The position numbers and the translations under genes were made by a program. Of a stretch of DNA of 64,000 bases, positions 52,755 to 64,000 are shown piece after piece. Under the pieces are notes generated by a model. It made no database searches and had not been told where the DNA came from. It saw nothing but the letters and a program-made list of their open reading frames with translations. The stretch is from Chrysomallon squamiferum (taxonomy: Eukaryota > Animalia > Mollusca): positions 6,820,001 to 6,884,000 of the forward strand of contig CM022678.1 of NCBI GenBank assembly GCA_012295275.1. The letters run 5' to 3'. Each line of letters starts with the position of its first letter. Position 1 is the stretch's first letter.

Positions 52755-52827
52755 GCCTGCGTAGCTCAGTCGGTAGAGCATCAGACTTTTAATCTGAGGG
52801 TCTAGGGTTCGAGTCCCTACGTGGGCT
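52755..52827 (+). tRNA. tRNA-Lys-TTT: tRNA-Lys (anticodon TTT), intact
   Basis: Identical 73 nt on the + strand; TTTT about 10 nt downstream. Confidence 0.92.
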
Positions 52828-54143
52828 TCAAAGTAATTTTCGAAATTGTATGTAGAATGTTCATCTTGACAAGTAATTTCAGGACAGGTACAAGTGTAAG
52901 AAAGGTAACCAATTAATATTTTCATTTCATCTTTTTCTGTGTGAATATTTATTTGTGACAGAATTTTAACCGTTTATCATGATAAAATAGGATAGTAGCA
53001 GTAGCAATAGAAATAATAATAATAACAACTCTGCTACTACTACTGCAACTACTGACACCAATGCTACTACTAGTACTTAACTACTAATGCTACTAAACTA
53101 GTACTACTGCTACTGCTATTACTACTACCACTAATATTAATACTAACAATACCTAATTACGAATCTTAATTATTTTCTTATCTTTTCTTATCTAAAGAAG
53201 AAAAAAAAATCAAATCAAATGATTAACAATTCGGATATCATTTCAGTTCTTTCCTTTCGTTTTCAAACACTGAATAATATCTCTGGATCTTCACTTCACA
53301 GTCAACTGATTTGTAACAAATATCTGAACAAACAAAACAACAGCATAATACGACATTTAGTTTTGAAATCTTTGGCCTTGTGCTAAATAAACTTGTTTTT
53401 CTCGCATGTTTTGTGCCTCTCTGATCCCGCGTGGGCAGAAAAATAAAGAATTTTAAGAACAAAAGTAACGAAAATAACGTGATGGATTTAGTTTAAAAAA
53501 AAAAAAAAAAAAAAAAAAAGGATAAATTTGGACTGGATAAATGTTTCTGTAAAAATCGTAGGTTGTAACGTAGGTAAGCTTGTTATGTAAGAATAGAAAT
53601 GTTTTTTTTTTCTGGGAACGAGTTGCAGGAAAAATTGAATGATTTTTATCGTTTGTTGTAAAGAGTTTGTTTGGGAGATTTACGACCACTGCACTTAGCA
53701 AGTGTCTGTTTGTTTGTAATGGAGTTAAATTCACCGAAAGCATTCAGCAGATGTAAAAATTATGCCGTTTTTGTCTGTTGTTCAGTTCTTTTGATCGTGT
53801 TATGAATGTCTGATAAAAAAAAAAAAAAAAAAAACGTAACTGTAATTACACGTAGGTTCAGCAGGGTGTGGACCTTTGTGGATATGCAGCCAGTTCAGTT
53901 CTTGAAAGGTCGTTGGTTCAAACCTCACCAATGTACTGTTTAATCTCTTGGTTTTTTATTTTTGTTTTTTTTTTTTTTTGTATTCTTTTAATTTCAATTT
54001 CAATTTTAATTTTAATTTTAAAGGAGCGCCTTTTCTGGCTTATCAAAAACATTTTACATATTAATTCCTGTTTCTGAGAAGGTCTACATAAAATATAATC
54101 ATACTGCTAATCGATAAAAATAACCAGTGGAATGACGGCTACA

Positions 54144-54217
<74 letters not shown>

Positions 54218-55639
54218 ATTATTAAACAATAAACGTCAGTTTGACGACTTAAAACTCATAATATCGAAACGCGCCCGAGATATCCATGATTTCCACGAAA
54301 ACAGTCGAACGGTTCGAATTCGGTCAATGACCTATTGTCAGCGGATGTTTCGCGTTCTGAATAATATTCCGACTGACTCAGAAATCAAAACCAGTTATTA
54401 AACGATTAGCAGATTTCCCCGAAAAAACAGTATATTAAGCGTAATAAAAGAAAAACAGATATTTGAGATTTCGCCGTCTGCTCTATTAAAGTCTTTTGCC
54501 ATTAAACTGTTGTGCAAACATTTGGGGTTTACTGTCGCCAGTAATCGTGTTTGTAAGTATCTTCACGTCAGAACTGTCTTAGTTAATCCAGGATGTTTGC
54601 CTTGAATGTAAATATCGTTAATACTTTTGTTGTGTTTGCTAAATCATCCATTGTCTGGGGAAACTGAAAATATGTAAGAAAATCTATTTTGTTTAATAAA
54701 TCTTCAGCACGTTTTAATGTTAGTAGTTATTAGATAAAGCAAATACGTGGTTTGAAGTATTATTTAGGTGTATGGAATAAAAAAAAAAAAAAAAAAAAAC
54801 AACAACAAAAAAAAAAAACAAAAAACAAAAAAAAAAACGAGAACAAAAAAACAACAACGAAAAAACGAAAAAGAAAAATACGAAAACAAAACGAAGAAAA
54901 TAAACGAAAAAAAAAAATCTTCCGTCGCCATTACTACTACAACAACAACAACAATTAGGTATTACTACTACTACTATGACTGCCGTTTCAGTGTCTGTTA
55001 TTACATATATGATATTATTTCAATTACTGCTGCTATAATTCCTACTTATTACTTAAATCCTATTATTTCTAAAACTATTATTAAACTTTCTAAATTTACT
55101 GATGTTTACTACCATCACTAAAACTACTAGTTACTATTACTGCTGATGCTATTACCAATACCACTGCTACTACAGATATTACTAATACCGCTACTTTTAC
55201 TATTACTAGTACTGTTACCTCAAAAAAATCTACTGATACTTTTTCGATTATTGCCACCACTATACTACTACTATTACTACTACTACTACTACTTATTATT
55301 ATTATTATTATTAGATATTATTATTATTATTATAAACTGAAGTCTTAATCATGGATAATAGGTATGTTTGTCGTCGTACTAAATGTAAATTACATTATTC
55401 ATAATTAACTCGACCTTACACCACATATCTAAACACAACCCTATTTCTGTCTGGAGAAGGGCTTATACAAATGGCGCAGACTGTAATTATGGACAAACTA
55501 CAAAAAAAAAAAAAAAAAAAAAAAACCCTGTATTTTAAAAGTGATAACAAATAACACATCCGTGTCTTTAATGAACAGAAATGTTGAAAAACTCGCCAAA
55601 AATATGAATCTGGCCTTCCAATGTTGTGACTGGTCTGTT

Positions 55640-56532
55640 TCGTGTTTTTTTTTTTTTTAACTTTCTGCGGTTTTATTTAGCTAATTCTAAATCTGAGAGT
55701 TTGTTGTCTTTGCTAAATCCGGCCAACGACGGGACCACTACTAATAATCGATGTTTTGATTACAGTTTGGAATTAAGTCGTAGTTCCTGCCTTATTACAA
55801 CTATCTGTGTCAAATTACTTGCCGTCGACTGATCGATACCGAGCGATCCTATTTCGCCAGCTTTGATTTGAAATTTGAACGAAGGCGAGATCGATTTAAC
55901 CGAAAGAAATTAACACCAGGGGTTTTAAAGTGCCTCTTCGTCAAAAAAAAAAAACGGCGCGACAGCCAGGTCACGTGACATAAAGATCTCGAGCAGACGA
56001 CACGAGCCGATGTGTATAACCATGTACACACAGTTGACCCCGTCGAAGATTAATATGATGACAACACGTGACCTAAAGATTACTAAAGAACACGACGTCA
56101 CCCGATGATGATCCGGAAAATGCCGGAAACGGCCGCCAAGAGACGACGAAGCAGACGTAAACAGACGAAGTTTTGAACAGCGGTGCAGACTAATTACCTG
56201 TCACCGCCCGCAAGGAACTCAAAACGACAGGTCTGGTTATTTACTGGTTCTGCGTACTGACGATTAACAAGAAGGTATTGTACTCTCGAGTGACATAAAT
56301 CTCTGGATGGCGAGGAAAATATTTTAAACGAAGCAGACGGACGATTTTAATGGCCGAGCGATAGTTTCTGAAGACGTATTTAAGGCCAGATAAAATAAAT
56401 TGCTCGTTTTCGTGAGAAACGCTTGGGACAGAAAAGTCCGCCTGTGTAATTTATTTATATTTTATTATCTATTTTAAAAATTTCGGTGAAGCTGCGCATT
56501 CGTAACAGAGATTAAAGCCTACCAGAGTAAGT
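55640..56532 (+). promoter_or_regulatory. CpG-rich promoter-like island with a putative non-coding first exon ending at 56526
   Basis: High CpG density and essentially no microsatellite. GTCACGTGAC at 55970 and a second CACGTGAC near 56066. GTAAGT donor at 56527 followed by AT-rich sequence. Confidence 0.45.
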
Positions 56533-57418
56533 TATAATTTATCGTTTCGAATTTATTGTATTGAAACTAATCTAGATTACTCTATTCATTTATTTTATTA
56601 TTATTATTATTATTTTTTTTTTTTAAGAAAGCGTAGAGAATATCATTTAGTTTAAAATATATAGTTGATAGTTATGTAAATAAAAAAAATAAGATTTTAT
56701 TTTTTTTCTGTAGACAAAACTCTGTATCCGCCAAAGTCATAATTTTTTTTTATGTAGAATATGAAAAGGATTAATATGGCTGACAAAGAAAAACCAACAA
56801 ACAACAACAAAAAATCATTCGATTTTCCTGCAACTCGTTCTTAAGATAAGATATTCTCACATAATAGCTTTCCTACATAACAACCTTCCATCCTGACAGA
56901 ATAATAATGAATAACGAATGAAAAAAAAAAAAACAAAAAACACAACCACACCCCACCTAAAAACATCAACATCAAAAGACCGTCCGATGTTGAAAACCAA
57001 ATAAATTATTATTTATGGCCTAACGGCTACGTTTCGATTCTGATACTAAAATAACAAGACAGCTTTTCCCATTAGCAGCTTTCTCGTATCTCGTAATATT
57101 TAATAATTAAACGTTTTTGTTCGGAATATACATTTGTTCAACGACAACTCAGTGTGTTTTATTATTTATGACTATGTAAGCTGTAACTCGTGTTTATGAC
57201 GTTTAATAACAATGCACGTGAAAAGGCGTTGACGCTGATGCGTGCGCAAGGTTTGTGGGTTAATATAAAACTGTTTCATATATTAGTCAGCTGAAAGGCA
57301 ACACCGTCAAAAAAAAAGATAACATCCTGCAGCCTGTGGTGTTTTGGTTAGGTAATATGTTAAGCTAATATCAAAGTGAAGCGTTCCTTTTGTTACGTTA
57401 TGCACACAGACATTTGTT

Positions 57419-57786
<368 letters not shown>

Positions 57787-58529
57787 TATACTTTGATTCA
57801 AATACATTGACTTAACTCAAATCGAATATAAAAAATTAAAGTCTGCACAAAAGACAGAATTATCCTGTTCAGTATAAATTTTGAACACGCATCCAGACAA
57901 ATAATTTTATTTTTATTAAATCTCGTTCACACACGACACAGAATTAACTTTACGTCACACACGGTTTTAACTCTAAACAGACCAATCCACACACTCCTAT
58001 GAGAGTCGATATTTCATCCCAACAAGCAACACACGTAATAATAATAACAGATCTAAGTAAATTATATTTTTATCTGACTGCTCTTCAAGCGCTGGTTACA
58101 TTATTAATACAGAGATAAAACCCGTTCCCAAGACAAATTTGTGTTTTCGGTGTCTTTCTGCTTTCTTTGACAAATCAGCCCATGTCACTTTTTGTTGTGA
58201 TCAGATGGTTCGTAACGTGAATTGTTCATCGCGTTAATGGTTTTAATATCGACTCTGAATGTTGCTGCGTGTCGTAGGAAAAGTTGATAATGTTCTTTAC
58301 TGTTCTGTTATAATATTTATATTCTGGAGACTGTTATAGAAACGCACAGACTGATACAGACACACTCACACACATAAATACACATCCACTCACGCATAGA
58401 AATACGCACATAGAAATATACCGATAAACACTCAAATATGAATCCAGACATAAATATCACATGCGCGCAGAAGCACACCGACATGCACTCACACATACAG
58501 AAACAAATTCATATAATTTACATTTACCT

Positions 58530-58571
<42 letters not shown>

Positions 58572-58782
58572 GCGCGCACGCAAACAAGCACCCAAATATA
58601 CGTGAAAGTGAAAGTGAAAGTGTCAAAAATTAACGTGCTAATCAGACAGAGCAAGCTGTTGTGAAGCACGTCTACGATTTCTACACAGGTTTCAACAAAT
58701 TCCGTCGCAAAAAACACAAATATACATTTAACATACACTTACATACACACAACATACAACACCCACACACCCACAAAACAAA

Positions 58783-58844
<62 letters not shown>

Positions 58845-59038
58845 CTGTCACGTTTACATTCACCTTTCGCGATATATAGTTTGACTAGAACTACGATTTA
58901 GTTCCGAATTGTAATCAAAACATCGGCAAGCAGCAGCTTCCGAATTGTAACGAAAACTTTGATTAGTAGTAGTCTTAGCTGGACTTAGTAAAAACAACAA
59001 CATGCAGATTTTTTGAATTAGCTAAATAAACCTTAGAG

Positions 59039-59341
59039 CAGACATGGGCAACCTCTTTTCTAGAAGCAGGCCACATTAGACATAACTCATCCTCAGGTGG
59101 GCCACAGGAACTAATTTAGGCGATTTTGTGTTTTTACGTAAAGTTTATTTTAAGAAATTATTCATTTTCATTTACTTCAGGAACTGTTATAATAACAAAA
59201 AAAAAAAAAATAATAAAATAAAAATTACATGTGTTTTAGTAGGTATATTAGTAGGTGACAAAATAGACTCAATTTTATAAAAATTTGAATTAAAGTTGTT
59301 TTCCTTGTAAAATTAGGCGGGCCGCAGTTTGACTGTGACTG
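59039..59341. mobile_element. Non-autonomous hAT (Charlie-like) MITE
   Basis: Starts CAGACATGGGCAAC and ends GCGGGCCGCAGTTTGACTGTGACTG. 8-bp TSD CCTTAGAG/CCTTAGAA (7/8). Internal GGCCACA/GGGCCGCA subterminal motifs. Confidence 0.75.
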
Positions 59342-59581
59342 CCTTAGAATATCTCACTGTCTGGAAAGCTACAAACGAAACAGAGGAGTCACACTGGAAG
59401 GCCACACAGACGTCTGGTGAACCTTTCAACATTTCTGTTCAGTAAAAAAATGGGTTTATTCCTGACGTCACATTTAAAACAGGGTCCGTGCTGTTTGCTC
59501 TTAGCTGAAGACGTACAAGCAAAACCAAACCAGTCACTGAAAGGCTAGATCGAAGTCTGAATGATCCTTTCACCGTTTCTG

Positions 59582-59644
<63 letters not shown>

Positions 59645-61363
59645 AGTCTGTCTGTGTGTATGTGTATGTGTTTGTATGTATACTGCTGTTGCGACTTAAT
59701 TCGTATGGAAAAAGGCTTAGAATTCATAGCAGTCTTCACGTCATTAAGATTGTTAGTATATCAGGGATGACAAGAAACAAAACAAGCATTAGCAAAATGA
59801 ATTCAGATCGGTGATTTTTATATTTCGACTCGGCTAAAACACTGAAATGAAACTGTGTCTGTGTGGATAAGGCTTTAAAACGATTAATTATTTCAGCTGA
59901 ACTAATGCTTCCAAGAACAGACTATTTAGAGGTAAATATTATTTCCTTCTTCAGTTAATCTACATATCTTCATATCTTTCTAGATTATTTTTGTACCTTA
60001 AAATAAACAAAACAAAAGAACAAAAGTCCATTATCCTTCAGCTTACATGCTTGGTATTAAGGCTTGATGTACTTTCATAATCCCATTTGAAAATCCTAAT
60101 CCTTTATCATATTTTCAGTTATTATCATGTTGCAAATGATTTCTGTTCTACTCTATGTATGTGGTGATGCTGTGGAGGTGTCTAGGATTTGACGGGGTCG
60201 TCGTGACTGTAGTGCGCATAATTTTGAGGAGGAGAATAGTATCATTTCATTATACAGAATATAGGAACAACAACAACAACAAGAACATCAACAGCAGCAG
60301 CAAGAAAAGAAAACAAAACAATATCGGCAAAATGATTAACTGAATTAATACTAAACTAAATAAATGAATAAATTAATTGATTAATAAATAAATAATATAA
60401 TATAATATGATATGATATGATATGATATGATATGATATGATATGATATGATATGATATGATATAATTTAATATAATGTAATATAATTTAATATAATAAAT
60501 GAATGAATGAACAAATAAATAAATAAAAAAATAAAAATGAAAAGAAGTGAAATAAAATATAATAAAATAAATAATAAATGTTTAGACAAAATATATGTAT
60601 GTACACACACACATACACACAAACACACACACACTGTAAATAAAGAATAATTAAAAATAAAATAATATAACAAAATAAAAAAATAAAACGTATCACCTGA
60701 CTCCTTCTATCTGAAATATTTATTATCAAGCATAGACTGAGGTTACCATGACGACAGGCATATTAAAAAAAATAAAATAAAAATAAAACATATTACACCA
60801 CACACCATCTGCTGTATATTTTTACACGAGATCAGGCAAAATAAACCTCATTAAGCTGAACGAAACCACAGAAATACATTCTCATTTCATTTGATAGGCA
60901 TCCTAGCAAAATATAGATGTATTTTTATTGTAATTTATATTATATGTGGGTTTTATTTTTTTCTTTGTTTGTGACAAATGAATGAGAAAAAAAAAAAAGA
61001 GAAAAATATGTTGTGTTATTATGATTCACGGTTTTTCTTCTTTTTTGTTTTGCATATATATAAAATATAGTGACTGTCAGGTTTTATGTTTTAAATATAC
61101 GGTTTGTATGTGTATGTATTACTAATAAAAACAAACATATGTTAATAAAAATAAGAAATGACGAGGAAAAAATATAATAGAAAAACAGCAAGATAGACTT
61201 ATCAATAAATAAATAAATAAATATTTAAATAAATAAAAAGGGGAGTTAAAATATATATTAAATGCTATTGTATAAACCATTACATACTATTATTACATGC
61301 AGTAGACACCTACATGTGCAAAGTACCAACAGCAGCAACAGCAGCAGCAGCAGCAGCAGCAGC

Positions 61364-61434
<71 letters not shown>

Positions 61435-61820
61435 TACGATGTGCATGAACAGTAATAGAACATAAAAAAATAAAAACTCACACGTTACGGAAGATTTTCG
61501 TCCAAACACAAAATAAATAAATAAATAAATAAATGATCTTATAAAATTACCTTCGATCGAAGAAGCATCGCTGCATATATGCCCGTAATCCATAACGTCG
61601 GTAAGGAGCGGTGACGTCAGAACATTGTTGACGTCATATAGAACAATAGCGGATATAGCAAGTTTTGGAAAACAGGTCAATTAAAGTTTCCTTTGCCCTC
61701 GTTGACGATGATTCATTCTCGTTCACAAGTTTAATAGTAAGAGTTTAGTATTTTGTAATTCGATTTTGAAATTAGATCGCCTACAACAGGCTAGCTTCTT
61801 ATATTATGCTGTTTGTTTTG

Positions 61821-61851
<31 letters not shown>

Positions 61852-62739
61852 TGGTTATGTTTAGTGCCTGCTGATGTTGATGATGCTGATGTTAATGGTT
61901 AACATAACTATGAATATAATACAATATAATAATGTAACGTAATGCAGTATAATAATATATATAATACATGTTTATATATGTGCATGCTTGTATGTATATG
62001 TACGTACGTATGTATTTGAGTATATATATGTGTGTAAAGCGTGTTTGTGCGTGCGTTTACACACACGAAATGATTGAATCAATGTATTGCAAAAATTATT
62101 ACATTTTTGCAGTGTTATTTATACTAATGTAGTAACATATTTTACATAATCACTGTTATAAAATTAAACAACAAAAAATAAAATTTTTAAAATTTGAATT
62201 AATATTAATTGTCTCTTTCAGATAGAGTGAATAAATAGATGATTAAAATTTTTTTAATAATTTAAGTGACATCTGCGATATTACCGAATAAAATCGTTAC
62301 AGAAAAACATACCGTGTGAAGACACCTTTAGTAAAAAAAAAAAAAATCATTACCGACAAACAAATCGTCTGAAAAGGTCTTTAGCAAATGACGTCAAAAT
62401 CTATGACCCCCTGTGGTTATCGCCCGTCACGTTTTGATTACGTTACATAATCAGACAGCAGAAATGATATCATTACTCGTCACCGGAGGGTTTAAATTCT
62501 AAATTGGATTTTGTACGAAAAATGAATGGAAATAATAAATAATAATAAAAAAAAAATGTCACTGATATTTCAAATGCGCCACAAGAGGTTAATTAGATTC
62601 TCAACCAGGGTGCAATCATTAGCCTGCAACGTGCGACAGAAATTATTATTACAGATAAACAAATTAATGTTTTATATAAATAAATATATATATATATATA
62701 TATTTCAGGATGTTTTTGTATGTACAGGATGCTTGAAGG

Positions 62740-62786
<47 letters not shown>

Positions 62787-62962
62787 TAAGAAGTAAATGA
62801 TTAATGGAAATATAAAGATTTAATAGTGATGTGTGTCCAACCAAAATTGTTGAGACTGGGGCGAAAGAAAGAAAATCTGCAGGCAAATACATTGATTTAA
62901 TCATTTTGTGTGTGTGTAAATGCACGCACACGCACACATACGCACACATATATGTAAAACAA

Positions 62963-62993
<31 letters not shown>

Positions 62994-63700
62994 AATTTAA
63001 AGAAATATTATATGAAATTAACTTAGTTAGAAATCGAAATAAGTAGAAAAACTGTTATCAGATATTTCTGATAAAAAAAAAAAAAAAAAAAGAGAAAGTG
63101 ATTTCTGGTTTTAACAGAAATCACTTTCTCTTTTTAAAGAACTTATTTTCTGAATGAACAAAATGCTTTTGCAAAATCGTAGTCACGCTAATTTGCATGA
63201 CTAAATCTAAACGAAAATTCGAGAAATCATAGCGAAAAAAAGATTTAAATCCCCCTACGAATTGAACACACCACAGCAATCGAAAAGCTAATGTAACAAG
63301 AAAAAGAAGAACAGGAAAAACGAACAAAGAGAACAACACGAAGAAAAATTAAATAAGAAAATATAAAAAGGTTTGGAAATGACAGGGGAAAAAAAAAAAA
63401 ATTAAAAATAGAGCTCGGAGAATATTTTGTCGTTTCGGTTGTAATTAAAATTAATACTATGGTAGTTCAAGTACGGCAGTATTAAAGTTAAGATGCTAAA
63501 AATAAAAATAATTGGAATAAAACGAAATGAAGTAGGTTGAAACAAGAAAAAAACAAAAAACGAAAGAAAGATAAAAATGACATATTGTAATCATTATCTT
63601 TTATGTTTCTAACGAAATAATAAAAAAAAAAATAATAATAATAAAATGATGGAAAGAAAGAAATAAGGAAGAAACCAAATCAGGCTGTATAAATAATAGA

Positions 63701-63734
<34 letters not shown>

Positions 63735-63804
63735 ACAGCAACGACAACAAAAACAACAGCAACGACAACAAAAACAACAACAATACTGATGATGATAAAC
63801 ATTT

Positions 63805-64000
<196 letters not shown>

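Overview
AT-rich, microsatellite-dense animal genomic DNA. The repeat landscape and gene content suggest a mollusc, probably an octopod cephalopod (inference only). Three protein-coding genes are supported. (1) A class A (rhodopsin-like) GPCR with an intronless CDS at 5570-6781 (+). (2,3) Two paralogous cytosolic adenosine deaminase (ADA1-type) genes arranged tail-to-tail: ADA-A (+, 8 coding exons, 8838-20476, 352 aa) and ADA-B (-, 9 coding exons, 31664-25033, 356 aa). I reconstructed both by hand with GT-AG introns and consistent phases. Both keep the Zn and catalytic residues but have remodelled the DLAGDE substrate loop in different ways, and ADA-A lacks an intron that ADA-B has. From about 33 to 53 kb there is a dispersed cluster of an unusual tRNA-Lys(UUU): 3 identical intact copies, 1 mutated copy and several fragments, partly inside decayed direct and inverted duplication units. 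Also present are a Tigger-like MITE, a hAT/Charlie-like MITE, a tRNA-like Pol III remnant at an ADA-B splice donor, several minisatellites next to splice sites, and many perfect CRE and CLEAR palindromes. Nearly all other ORFs in the track are microsatellite translation artefacts. I see no firm evidence of a wholly new system; the divergent ADA pair and the tRNA-Lys variant cluster are the best leads.
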